From the NCBI RefSeq assembly GCF_000143415.4, contig NW_003314262.1, positions 4,648,389-4,712,388 of the forward strand: a stretch of DNA of 64,000 bases, given 5' to 3'. A model generated the notes under the pieces. The model saw only the letters and a program-made list of their open reading frames with translations, was not told the DNA's origin and did no database searches. This stretch comes from Selaginella moellendorffii (Eukaryota; Plantae; Lycopodiophyta). The position numbers and the translations under genes were made by a program. Numbering within the stretch: position 1 is the first letter of the stretch; every line of letters starts with the position of its first letter. Shown in pieces: positions 1 through 12,962 of the stretch.

Positions 1-1046
1 GTTGTGACCCATCAAATTATTTTCTGCGTTGTTTGAGTGCCCTAAGAGAGAAGAGACTATGGGCAAGAAGAATAAGGGATTTATGCAATATTTTCCTTCC
101 TGATTCTTGGCTGAATCCACATTTCTCTTCTAGTTAAAGCTTATAAGCTACTTATAAGTTCAAACACATGTTGTTTAATGCATTCTTAAATATGGTCTAT
201 CTCTTATTTCTGAGATGTTCTTGTGAAATAAAATAATGTGCTCTAGCAACTTTCTTTCGTCTTTATACTTTCGGACCTTTCCAATTTAAACAAGATTTAT
301 ATTAGTGATAAGTATAATTAAACCAAGCTCCTTCCAAGGTGCTTTTGTGGAACACACATCCAGAAGCTACAGAGGCAGCTGGCACTAGTACGGGCCAAGA
401 ATGCAACGCTCAATGAGAGGGTTGCCTAATTGGAGTACAAATGCACTTGTGCTGTTGAGGCACAGGAGGCACTTGGCTTCCAGGTCAAGTCACTTATGAC
501 TTGGATCCTGGTGAACATCCCCAATTAGCATGATCCTCAAGCAGGCAATAGGATCTTGATGAGCACTATCAACTAGCATGCATAACAAGAAACCAACATG
601 CTGGGACCAACATGCTGCTTGTCTCCAACATGAGATTATGCACATTATGCCATCAGCTTGAAATACACCACTTTCTTTCTGAGTGACCTGGTTAGGAAGC
701 ATGCCTATTCTTGATTGGCCATCCAAACATCAACATGATGTTTCCCCAACCATAGATACCAAGCCTCCCCAAGCTTGACTGAAGACCTCTACTCGTTATT
801 GCTTTATATATATAGATGTTTGAATTAACATTCATATGTTTGAAATGTATAAATATTAGGGTTATATTGAGTTGAGACGGCATTGACAGATAGTGGCAAA
901 TAGGTGGCACATAACAAGTTCTGTAATCTTTCGAACCTGATTGCCATAGATATCTGAATAATCATGCTATGTTGAAAAGCCTCATCGTCAAATTCATTTT
1001 TGGTATTAGTTGGCAATATCATGTAATGGTGTATAAGTAGCATCAA

Positions 1047-2080
1047 CACAATCAAGAAGCTGTTTGCAGGCGTGGACAATGCTTACAGCTTTTCAGCTTA
1101 CAACATGGGATGGATCACATGAATACCTTATTGTTAGGCACTAGATCAAGATAATAGGATAAAAAAAAGTTTGCAATCAAGTGATCAAGATCCTAACATT
1201 GGTATTGAAGCCAAATTCAATTCTTGTAACTGATAAGTGGGCAAGAATATTTTAAAGGAATATTTAACATGATCTAGAAGTTTGGTAGACCAGGTGACAT
1301 GAGTATGATTGCAGATGATCATTTTCTAATAAGGGAAGGATTGTTAAGCACTAGGTTAGGATAATAAAATAAAGAAAAAGCCTTACAATCAGTTCTTTAA
1401 CCAATTGACTTAGGCTGTAATGGATACAATTTTAACACTTATACTCATAACCTAGAACTTGGGGCCCCAATTTCCTCGGAGCTTGGAATGGATCAAGATC
1501 ACTAGTCCACAATGGACTTAGAGCTGAATTATAGAGATCTTTTGTTGAACATATATGTAAATAATCAGGAATTTCTTCTGAGGTATAACTTCAAAGCTCT
1601 TGAGGTTCTTATTTACAGCTTTGTCCTAATGACCAGCGTATCAAACGAGTTGGAGCAGTATCCGACTTCTTTCGTTCATGTACTTGAAGCGTTTCATGAC
1701 CGTCCAAAGTGGCAGCAACTTCTCAAATATCAAAGTAGCCGCAGATCTTTATTCTCTGTCACGCTGATGGCATGCGCGTACATGCACACCGGAGACAGAA
1801 ATTGCCTTCGTTTCCTAAACAGTGGCCTATTGACCAAGGCAAACAAGAACCGAAACTTTCCAAATCGCCACTTAAGTCAGCTACTGCAACTTGTAGACTG
1901 GCTTGAGCATCTGGGAATGGAAAGGTTCTTCGAGAAAGAGATCAAGCAAACGGTGGTTAAAGCTTTCAGGTAAACTTCTTTGTCACTCGGAAAGTTCAAT
2001 GACTTGTCCACAGATGTTGGAGAGGAAATGCCGCAGGTAGTGGAAGTCAAAAACATCTAGAAAGCTTTGAAGACGGCTTT
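1047..2080 (+). pseudogene. Diterpene synthase (CPS/KS-like) pseudogene, copy 1
   Basis: 1047-1125 reads IKKLFAGVDNAYSFSAYNMGWIT*IP (SAYDTAW motif with a stop). ORF 1512-1973 has PTSFVHVLEAF..WQQLLKYQS..SLFS..ACAYMHTGD..CL.FL..DWLEHLGMERFFEKEIK, typical of the diterpene synthase gamma/beta domain. Interrupted by an LTR insertion and truncated. Confidence 0.8.
1132..1437 (+). mobile_element. TRIM-like non-autonomous miniature LTR retroelement
   Basis: TG..CA repeats at 1132-1198 and 1342-1437 share their first ~48 nt. PBS-like TGGTATTGAAGCC follows LTR1, PPT AAGGGAAGGA (1331-1340) precedes LTR2, and a 5-bp TSD CTTAT lies at 1127-1131 and 1438-1442. Confidence 0.85.
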
Positions 2081-2209
2081 TGTCGTCTCAAAATTGTTTT
2101 TGTTTCAGGTCTTGTGCTGAGAACTCGAGTTAACTCTCAGCGTTCAATCAAGCAAGAGGTGCAAAGGTTTTACTTCTTCTGTTCTGGTAGAGTTTCTTCT
2201 TTGATTGCA

Positions 2210-4430
2210 GAGTAGCATTAGCACGATCAAGAAGCTGTTTGCAGGCGTGGACGATGCTTCCGGCTTCTCAGCTTACGACATGGGATGGATCGCACGAATA
2301 CCACATGCTCACAGAACTTGGGCCCCAGTTTCTTCGGAGCTTGGAATGGATTGTTCGCAACCAGTGCGAGGATGGGTCCTGGGATCAAGGAGAAGAAGAT
2401 GCTTAGCGGATTTGCAGCACACTGTCGTGCGTGACTGCTCTGAAAACATGGAACCGAGGGGAGCGTAACATCCAAAGAGGTAAGCTCTCTGACACCTGTG
2501 AGATACAGAGTTTTTCCTGCAGGTCTAAGCTTTATAAAGTCTCAACGGCCGTTAGTCCACAATAAACTTACAAAGGACATGGAACATCTTCTATGGGAGG
2601 GCAAATTATGACGAATCTTTTAGTCAACGTATTTGTGAACAGGGTCATGAATTAACAACACTAACTGTAGCTTTTGTCCTGATAATCAGGGTATCAAATG
2701 CTGAGTTGGAGCAGTATCTCACTTCTTTCGTCCATATATTTGAAGCGTTTCATGACCGTCCGAATTGGCAACATCTTCTCAGATATCAAAGTAGCGGTGG
2801 ATCTTTATTCTCTGTTACGCTGACGGCATACGCCCATATGCACACTGGAGACAACGAGTGCCTTCGTTTTCTAAAAGGTGCTGTTGAGGGCCCATTGATC
2901 AAGCCAAACAAGAACTGAAACTTCTGCTGCTTAAGTCAGCTGCTGCGACTTGTAGACTGGCTTGAGCATCTGGGAATTGAAAGATTCTTTAGGAAAGGGA
3001 TCGAGCAGACGTTGATTCAAGCTTTCAGGTAAACTACTTGTCACTCGAAAAGTTGTCAATAGATGTTGGAAAGGAAATGCCGCAGGTACTGGAAGTCAAA
3101 AACATCTAGAAAGCTTTGAAGACGCCGCTCTTTTGTTCCAGATTCTTCGTCGTCACGGCTACTAAGTTTCCCCAGGTAGAGTGAAGTGAAGATTTTTATA
3201 TCACAGTGACGGATTTCGTGTTGTAGACGTGCTACATCAGCGAAAATTAAGCGAGGCACACGGTTTGAAGGATCTGTCTTTGCCATCACATGTTTTCTTT
3301 CCTAGTGAGAGCAGAAAAATGCTAGTTGCGAACGAAGTGGTTTGCCTTCAACAGTAAACGTTTTCTTTACAGACGATGATTCCATGGTATAGTATAATGC
3401 ATCGGATCCAGCACATCGAGGGTATAACTAGATTTACGACAAGTATGGATTCCATAAGCATGAGGTACATATGCGATAACTTCCTGTAAATCAGTAAGTT
3501 CCTAATCGAAAATTTCCAAACGAGCTTCGATACTGGCCTTCGCAAAGTCCGACTTCAATGCTTGCCAGAAGATATATCAGAAGGATTTGCAGCACGTTAT
3601 GAGGTATCTGTCTTCGATGTTTTTCCCCCGGCTTAATTATATGCAGCTCTTGAGCCGCAGGTGGAACGAAGAGTGCGGCTTTGGACGTCTGGGTTATGCC
3701 CGACAGAAAGACGTGATCTGCCTTTTTACTGCTGCCGCAACGATGTTCCAGCCGGAACTCTCGATGGCTCTCATTGTCATGGCACAGATGAATGTTTGTA
3801 CAACTGTCATTGAGAACTTTATGGGCATGCACCATTCTCTCGACAATTTGAGAAACTTTTGCACTGCCGGGAAAATGTATTAGTAACACATCTTTAGAAG
3901 ACTTTTGAGTATTAATATGTGTCTTGTGTTCAATCACACAGATGGGATCCGTCCGCCTTGAGCTGAACGAAGACGCTAGCAATATTTTCCGAGGATTGTT
4001 TAAGACGACAGTTCAGTGTGCTTCCGAGGTACAAGGCAGAGCTAGCTTACGAGCTCAAGGACGTACCTAGAACACAGCTTTTCTAATCGCTTTTATCAGT
4101 GGGAAAGACTTTGCGATGCGTTTCTACGTGATGCAGGATGGAAGCTCACGAATCACTGTCCCAGCCTCGAGGAGTACATGGAAAACGGAATCACGTCCTT
4201 TGCGCTGGAATCGATCATCTTATCTGCAATCTTTTTCCTGGATGAGAAAGTTAAGCCATAGGCTTTCATCTGTTAATCCTTAATTATTGGATGTTTACAT
4301 GAGATCTTTCCATTCCAGTGTGAGAAATGGGGAAGTCTCATGGATTACGATGTACAGAAGGCAACGATGGAGGAGCTGGTGCTCCGGCCCAAAGCAGTGC
4401 CGTCACGTCAAACAAAATTGGAATAATCTA
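2210..4430 (+). pseudogene. Diterpene synthase (kaurene-synthase-like) pseudogene, copy 2
   Basis: Contains SAYDMGWIARIP and a QCEDGSWG-like motif in a shifted frame. The DXDD position reads ESFEDAALLFQILRRHGY followed by a stop. The alpha domain reads RWNEECGFGRLGYARQK..AAATMFQPELS..TTVIENFMG (DDxxD lost) and PSLEEYMENGITSFAL. Frameshifts and stops are present. Confidence 0.8.
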
Positions 4431-4493
4431 TAATATTCCACCATTTTCAAAAGAATATTCATTTGATAATGGGATATTCTGCATGTTTAAAAT

Positions 4494-6754
4494 TTAAGTG
4501 AACCTGAGATTGGTAAAACCGGCGCTGCTGCCCGCGTTTCTCATCCCCCTGCTGTATGTCCTGTGATCACAGATCATCATCGACGAGGAAACCTCAGTTT
4601 CGTGATGGTGGTGGTGGTGGTGGTGGTGGTGATGGACTCCACCGTGAAACTTATGTAGGAAATGGTGGTGGTGGTGGCTATTGCCATCCGCGGCTGCCAG
4701 TGCTACTGTCGATGCTGCCGCTACCAATGCGTGCTTCTCGGTAGAGATCGACTCTTGCGACTCTGGTGACAATAGTTCTCCTTCCTGGTCGTGGCCGGAG
4801 GAAGGGGCGCCAGTAGCACAGCTACAAAAATCCATCGAGGAGCTTCGGGGGCTCGTCAATGCCGCCGCTGCTGTGGCTGCCGTGGCTGCTCCTGGATTTG
4901 GGTTCTCAAGAGCCTCCGAGACGCTCGGATTTTGGACAATCACGAGCATCGGCTTCTGGTTGCCACCGCATTTAGCCAAAGACATTGGCTGAAAGAAACA
5001 AGCAAAGGGTCAAGCATTGTGATAAAAAGGTAGCAGTGGTGAAGAAACGGTACCACTCCAATGTGCCACTCTTTGAAACTCAGCGTGTTGAAGTCCTTTT
5101 CGTTCATCTCCTGGAAAGTAGTAGTAACAAGTTAAAAAACAGCATGGAAAAATCGAGCCAGGCTCTCTGAATACTTACGATGCTGTAAATAGGAGGTAGC
5201 ATAGACTCTCTCCCCGAGTGCAACGTGGGAATCACAGTAAAAAAGGGTGTTGTTTCTCTAGCTCTAAAAGTCCACCTGCATGCCCGGGAGTGAGCGCCTA
5301 GGAAGTCCAGAGCTTGGAATAGCACTTACCCGATATAAGAAAAGATACCAATTTCCGTCCACTCCCGAACAAGAAGTCTCATCCAGTATTCATTCGCAAC
5401 CCCATCCGCCTTGGCATGCATCTAGTGGACTTCAAACTTTCAGTCGGATACTTGGATGCAAACAAAGCAAGAACTCACCAACACTTCCGCAACGACCATT
5501 GTCAGCATCGCAGCTTGGAACTTCCTGTAAAAAAAACACAGAAACTATGAACACAGAAGCATAAAGTAGGATAAACAACCATCAAAAACAAAAAGGAAAC
5601 AAAAGAAAAAACACGCTACAGATGATGTGCACCTCGTACTTGAACATAGTGTACTTGGTGTACAGAGCCGTGTGCATCGTATGAACGCCTTCGTTCTGAA
5701 TAAGTTGGAGCTGCTCCCTTAGCAATGCCAGATTCCTCGACACATGGAGAAATATGACGTAAAGGAGCACCAAGTAGATCAGCACCACTAATATCTGCAA
5801 AGCAAAAGAAAAAGGAAACAAAGAAGTGTCAAGTGTATGAACAAGCTCACAGAAGCGACTTGAAAGGAAAAACTCCAGTCATTCTCAATTCACACTAAAC
5901 TCAAGAACGAAAAACATCATTGTCAGCTATGCAAGAAGAACTTCCACAAAAGCACGGCTATCCAAGAGAAAGTTCCACAAAAGCACTGCCCACTCATCCA
6001 CTATCGAAAAGGACACAGGATACAAGACGCACCAATTCTCTAGCAAGACGAAGAACAAGCAAAAGGTCCCAATGAAGTGGAGAAAGTGGGCTTACCGCGA
6101 ACTGTGGCACAGCCGCCTTGTATCCGGTGAGCGTGAGGTAGAGCAGCGAGCCGAGCCCAGCAATGCTTCTCCTCTCCGAGATGGAGAGCTGCTCGTGCAT
6201 GATGCAGTAGCCATGCGAGATGAGCAGGAACGAGATGAAGCACGCCGTCTCGAAAAAAATGCGCGTCACAAAGACGCCAAACGCGACCCAGAAGGAGCAC
6301 GTCCCCAGGTGGAGGCACGAATACCTGGCAATCAATCCAAGCACGCCCAAAATCAACCAGCGAGCTAGAAATCGCGAGCTAGAGAGACTCACCAGAACGC
6401 GAACGAGAGCGCCAGGACCAGAGCTTTGAGCACAGGCACGGCAGTGAGGATCCATTGGAGATTACTCGTCTGCGATCACAATCCCGAAAGTGAGAGAGGA
6501 GAAATATTTCCATGATGAATGAAGAACCCTAAACTATTCTCTTCTTTCCCACCCCTGCATTGACAATGCATGCAAAGAGAAATCGTTACCTGCCATTGCC
6601 GCTTCCTCCATGTATTGAGCGTCCAGATTCCCACCAGGGTCGTCCAGATGAGCAGCAATCCAAAGAAGAGGAACGGCAGAGGCCTGTAGAGCGCCTCCCA
6701 ATCCCCCGGATTGGAGATCACCACTTTGGGGCCGTGATTCGCCACAGACTCCAT
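4494..6754 (-). CDS. Conserved plant multi-pass (about 7 TM) membrane protein of unknown function with a His-rich C-terminal tail; multi-exon
   Basis: Exons read by eye: MESVANHG..LFFGLLLIWTTLVGIWTLNTWRKRQWQ; CSFWVAFGVFVTRIFFETACFISFLLISHGYCIMHEQLS; NLALLREQLQLIQNEGVHTMHTALYTKYTMFK; WTFRARETTPFFTVIPTL..MLPPIYSI; EWHIGV; last exon PMLVIVQNP..HHHH. GT-AG junctions. Confidence 0.8.
4602..4680. repeat. (GGT)n/(CAC)n trinucleotide tracts encoding poly-His
   Basis: Visible GGT runs, translated on the minus strand as H5 and H11 tracts. Confidence 0.9.
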
Positions 6755-7518
6755 GCCGATCGCTCGCCGCTCATCAATCGCCCGATCAATCCATGGAAAA
6801 TCCTGGGAATCGGCGACGATCGACCAGAGGAAGGGGAAGAAGAAGAAGAAGAAGAAGAAGTTTCTAAAAAACTCGTTGCCGTCGTCTCCTCTTCTTACTC
6901 CGAAGCATCGGCTGCGCGGATAGAATCGAAGGAGAAAACGATCGATTGGATCATCGAGAAATATTTTCTCCCCCTTTTTCTCCACAAAGGGGAGAAAGTG
7001 AAATTTTTTCCTCTTCGTTTGCGAACTGTTGTGCCTTCCAGAGACTGCCAACTAACAAGCCCGTTAGCGCTTTTCAGTCAGCCCTGTAAGAGTCCCCTGG
7101 GCCAACCACAAAGACCCCCCAGGTGCGAATCGACCGCCACTGTTAGCTAGAGATAACTAACCGTTTGCCAAACGGAACCGCAATACGGAGGTGTGGTCGT
7201 ACGAACAACGGTCCATTTTTCCGTTAATCGCACTTTGGCTTCTTTGATTAAGCTTATTTTAGTGCTACTGTTAAGCAAAGTATCTTTGACCGGCGTCATC
7301 TTGTATCATTGACCGGCGCTGAGCAAAATCAGTCGGAGGAAATCTTCGCGGCGTTGGATTCTCATTTTTTTCGTTTTTTTTTTCTGGAAGTAGCGAACAG
7401 TACTTAACAGCTTCCAGATAAAAATCTTCGAGCTCGCTCGATCGGTGGTTGGAGGAGCTCGAATTTCGGGAGTTATGTAGCAGCGAAACGTCTATGTACT
7501 GTAAACTGGAAACGAACC

Positions 7519-10500
7519 TTACGATGCAAATGTGACGATTCGGTCGCTAATGCTGCTCCTGCAAAGCGGGCATTCCGTGCACGCGACTGCGCACGGTTGA
7601 CACACTGCAAGAGAGAAGTTAGAATGAAAGGCGAGCGCGGAAACCATTGGAGAACTTACAGCAAAAATGGCGACAGGGTAGAAGAACAGCGGCCGTGGCG
7701 GCTTCGAAGCAAACTTTGCAAACGTGCGCGTGCTTGTCTTCGTCGTAGAGCTGCAAGTTGAGAGTGGGGGCTTCGGCGGTTGGCCGTTGGAGTCGCTCGA
7801 GTTTCCTTCGCTCTTGGATCCTGGCCTGGAGACAAACAACGACGAGCTATAGTTCTCACGACCGTTTTGGAAAGAAGTATCCGCGTGTACCTTGGCGTTG
7901 CTTAGCTTGGTTAGAGCTTCGATATGGATGGCCTGTAGGTCCTCCAGTTCACTGGCGTTCAGCTCCTCTACGGACTCTCCCTAGCAGAATTCACAGCCAA
8001 ACAATCAGAAGTTCCAAACTGAGCTGACTAACCTTGAGCTGAGCAACGAGCGCCTTCAAGTCATCAGTTTCTTTGTCCTCTGAGCCGCTTGTTCTAAGCC
8101 TCTCCAGCTCTTGATGTTGTTCCTTGATTTTCTGTATGTTCGCTGCCGATTCTACACTTTGTGGTGATATAGGAGCAACGGCGGTTGAGACGTTACGTTC
8201 TGGCCTACATTCTGTGATCTCGACCACATCTTGAACAGGTCCACTGGTCGGAGGGTCGTTCGTTTTCATTTTTGCTAACAGAACCCACATGCTCGCCAAA
8301 TCGTTTTCCAAGTCGGCTTCCCGCTGCTTTGATTCGTCAAGCTTTCTCTTTAATTCCTTCTCAAGGGCTTGCTTCTCTGAAACTGTTTGCTCTAGATATG
8401 CTTGCTTCTCTCTCTTAGATCGCAGTTCCTCCTTGAGAGCTTGGACTGCATATGGTATCATTAGCCTCCGATCAACACTAGAAACAGAAATTCTACCAGT
8501 TTTACCTTGACATGTGATACTCAAAGCTTCATTTGAAAGTCTCGTATTTTGAAACACCAACTTCTTGATTTGTTCGGTTAAGTCTTTAATTTCAGTAGCA
8601 GCTGCAGCTGCCAGGTCCCTGGCATAACAAGCTTCCTCTTCCAGTTTGACATTCTTCATTTGTAAGCAGTTGTTTTCTTCTGACAAACGACTCCTTTCCT
8701 GGCTCACTACCTCGATTTCAGCCTTCAAAGACAAACAAATGAATCAGTCAGTAGACAACGTCGAAACCGGCAACCAAACCTTCAGAATCACATCTTCTGT
8801 TTCTTTCTTTTTAGGATAATTCTCTTGATGTGAAACGACCGTTTTGATGGCTTTTTCAGCACATAGTCGCTCTCCGGCGTCGTTTGCCTCAATCAAGCAG
8901 TTCGTCGTTTGGGGTCCAAGAACTATTTTTTGATGGCTAGCCTTCTCCAGAGCTTCTTGAAGTTGTTGTTGAAGGCGACCATTTTTTTCTTGCAAATCCT
9001 TAATTTCAGCCACCTGATAAAAGCTTTAATAGCTAGTTGAAGAACCAAGAACCAAAATGTTACCTTTGATTGCAACTGTTCCTCAAGTACACGGTTGTCT
9101 GCTGTTCTGATCTGAAAAAGCACACGAAAATAGTTTACTTTGTGTTGCCAAATACTTCAAATCCAACCTCAAGCTCGAAGGCCTTCTCATTTAGCTGACT
9201 CGTGAGTTTTTCAATCGCCTAGATACAAAAAACTTAAATCCCAAATTGACGGTAGAACAACGAGTTACCTGGGACATTTCTGGGTAGGAGGATCTTTCTC
9301 CAAGCTCTGTTATTCTTTGCTCTAAAAGTTGCATTTGACTTTTCTTATCTTCAATGTCGTCCCTAAGCTTGCCAATTTGTACCTGAAACTTATTGAAGCA
9401 CTTAAGACTCTTTCAAATGAACGGGCCCATACCTGTATTTCAACATCGTCTGGATGGTTTGCTGCTTGTTCGGATAGCCGCTTTAGCGAACTAGAGCGTA
9501 ATGCAATTTCTCCAGCAAGCATCTTGACTTGCTCTCGTGTAAGATCGATTTGATCTGCTATGTCCTGCAAGCAGATGTTAAACTCAAAAGATTTGCATCA
9601 ACAGTGACTTACGTGCTCCTGCCCGTTTCCTAAGTCAATACTGCAGGAATCAGTACACCGATCCGGTGGAAATGAAGAAGTATCTAGATCCGACTGTTCA
9701 TCGTATCTCTAGACAATGAGCTCGTTAATACGATTGTACATAAAAAGAAAACCTTACCTCTTCCGACTCCGCAAAGGAATGCCTTCTATTATGAGCGGCG
9801 TCGGGAAAAGAACCTGACAAATTATTCTTTGTGGAGACTAGTATAAGCTTTGTGAGCTTATGAATTCGTCCCATTAAAGCTGCTTTAGCTTGTTCCTCTT
9901 CTTCCAATCTAGACTGCATCTTCAGCTGCCCGGCCTCGAGCTTAAATCCAAAAAACAATGAAAAAGTGTCAAAATTCTTTCAATCCAGCAAGCTTGTACT
10001 GACCTGTTGTCTAAGCGTTAATAGATCTTCTTGGTTTGTCGTAGCATATGGTCGTTCTGTCATGCCTCTCTTAATAAGCAGCAATTCTTGCTTTAATTTA
10101 GTGATCTCCTTTTGATATTTCTTTATCAGCGATCTTTCATCCATAATCTGACGCAAACATTGATACACTGGTGACTGTCTGTGAGTGAGATAATATGCTG
10201 CATACCCTGTTTGGAGCGGCATAAATCTCGATTCTCTTAGCTCTCTGGGCAAATTTAAGAGTGTTGTGTGTCTCTTCCATATTGCTGGAAGCTGGCGTAA
10301 TTGTACAAATAAGCTGTCAAACATGAACTTCCGTTAATATCAAGAAACATATTGTTGCAGCTGTACGTACTGTTATGCGACCATTGCCACTTAACGAAGA
10401 TTGCAAAAGCCTTGTCAGTTTGGAATCACGATATGGTATATGTGATGCTTTTCCTTCACTTAATTTCGCGATTACCTGCAAGATGACTTATCGTGAAAAT

Positions 10501-12133
10501 TAAAGAGAAAAAACACGTCGTCTACCGTTCCCAAGGTAAGAAGACTCTTGTTTATGTAAGAGCCTTCTTTTCGACGCAAGCCAGTGGTTTCAGTTTTAGA
10601 GCTCTCAGATCCTGCAAGATCGATAAGATTCTACGAAGTCCGGTTGACAGTGTTAATTAGTTACCAGAATTATTTGATGGCTTACCAGCTGGGACAACGT
10701 GACTTCATCGTCCGGCCCCTGAGCACGTAAACTGCTTTCAATTGTCTGCAAATCAAAGTGTCAGTACTGTTTAGTATTCACAAATTATTACCAAGGTAAA
10801 GATGGTATGGCTTCGACTGCTGAACAGGTTGAAGTTGTTTGATCCAACGTGCCGATGCTCTGTGAAGAAATTGAAAACGGAGCGAACGTTTACAATGATG
10901 TACCTTCTCCAGCTGCAATGAGTGAAAGAGCATGCGATGGAGACAGCACAACCTCCTCTTTAACCCCTTCAACATAAGTCCCCTGTCATGTTTGAAAATG
11001 AAACCCTTAGATGTAAGTACTTGCATATTAAAGTTCTACCTGAGCATCCTCCCGAATGCGAAGATTTTGCCCTGCCGGATCGAGCAAATCGTTTATGACC
11101 TGGACGGTATATTTTGTAACATGTTAAGTTATAAACAAGGGAACAGAGGTAGCTTACTTCGTTGTATATTTCAAGGTAAGATACACGCAAGAGAAACTCC
11201 CGGTCTGGGGTCTGCGGCAAATGCCAGGGTAAGCAATATACGGATGAAGACATCTCACTGTTCACCTCTTGGATGATACTAAAAACATCTTTGATAGCTT
11301 GTGGAATCACTCCTGGATAATTTTGGTCGCCCTGGATTAACATTTGCAAAAGCTTCAAGAGAAAGAAAATGTAATAGAACTTACGTGCATTGTGTGTGTT
11401 TTCCCGCTACTGGTCACACCGTAAGCGAAAACAGTTCCTACAATGAATTGCCTTTAATTCTCAAACACTTACTATGGTGAGGCTTACCATTGATCCCTTC
11501 CATCGCGCCGCGCACCACGTTTCGTGCTACGGTGTCGTAAACATTTCTCGTGGTCGCGCTGGCCCCGAAGACTTTGTCTGGAAATCACAGAGAGAAGTCA
11601 GTCTTCGAGATTAAGCGTTGTGAAGAATCTTTCCAACCAAATGTATAAGCAACAGAAGGATTGAACTCGCTCCGGACAATGTCGCCGTCCACGTACCACG
11701 CAGCATTGTCCCCGCGATGAATTTCCCTTTCACTGAAAACCCAAAGATCGCCCAAAGATCTCACGGAAAGAACAAGAACAAGAGCGTCAAAATACCTCAT
11801 GGGGCGAAATCGAACAGTCACAGAGATATTCTCCTTGCCGTAATCCACACTCTCATCGGAATGCATTGTCCCAGCATCCTGGGAGAAGCGCGGCGACGAG
11901 CAAGACGATGCCAGGAAATGCGAAGAGACTCTCCCACCATTGCTGCTCATCTGAGACAAAGCCCTGAATCCCGCCGAGCCACCGCTGCTCCTCCGTCCGG
12001 ACGACGGCGGCGGGAGCATTCTCGGGGAATTCATCGATTGCCCGAACGATCCCTGGTGCTGCTGCTGTTGGAAGAGATTTCCATTCACCGAATACCTAAA
12101 CGGCGACGCTCCCCTTTGCTTGGCCGCTGCCAT
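7519..12133 (-). CDS. Kinesin-7 (CENP-E-like, MKRP/KIN7 type) with C-terminal RING finger; many exons
   Basis: [12 protein letters not shown]-loop [73 protein letters not shown], long coiled coils, and terminal [29 protein letters not shown]. Confidence 0.93.
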
Positions 12134-12962
12134 GATCGATCCCCACCGAGCGGCGCCAATGCTCCTCCAGGCGCCCGATCGATCACACAAACCCTGAGGA
12201 GCTCCAAGATCTAAGCATGCATTGGCAAAATGGGGCGATCTCTTTGCGCAAGAGCGCCTTGTATGTGGATGTATGTATGCTTTTTAGAGACCAAGACTCC
12301 AGGAGGATGACATGGCGGTCACACGAGCCATGTCATAACGGAGGCAACCGGTTGGCCGCGACACGTGTCGCTTCACGTGTGGTGGCCCCGTCGTGCCAGG
12401 AAGTGCCCCATGTGCTTGGCGGGAAAAGCTAGAATATCTGCTGAATATTTCCCAGTTCAAACATCATGTGCCATAGATTGCAAGCCAAGTCAAATGGCAG
12501 CAAACAAAACACGGCGATTCGGCGAATATCCCTCTCTGTGGAGAAGGATCTTCCCCCAGCGTGAAATGGAGAGCCCAACGAACTGTCCTTTCCAAAAACT
12601 TGCCACTTTTTCTCTAAGCCTCTCGCGCAGCAAGATCTTAGCTAGAAACTTGTTGCTCTTAATTGTACCGCAACATAATCCTCACGTTTTTGAGGACAAT
12701 GGACGAGATTCGCACTGCTTGTCTCCGACCAAGACAACCAAACTGTCATAAAAAAAAAAGAGACACGACATGAAAGAACTTACAAAAGCAAAAGCGTTTT
12801 GCGTGCTGCTGATGGGTCCTCCTCCTGTGAGTAGTGTACGTTGCACGACTCACCGAGAAAGCTGCAAACGTTTTTGGCCAGACGTGCCGCGTTCGATCAT
12901 TCACAAGGGCTATCCTTCACGTCAGAGACCTTATTTCGAGTATATGTTCCATGCGACAGACT

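Noticed and set aside
300-1040. Short ORFs before the TPS relics
   Set aside because: No recognisable protein or terminal repeats; probably decayed repeat or intergenic DNA.
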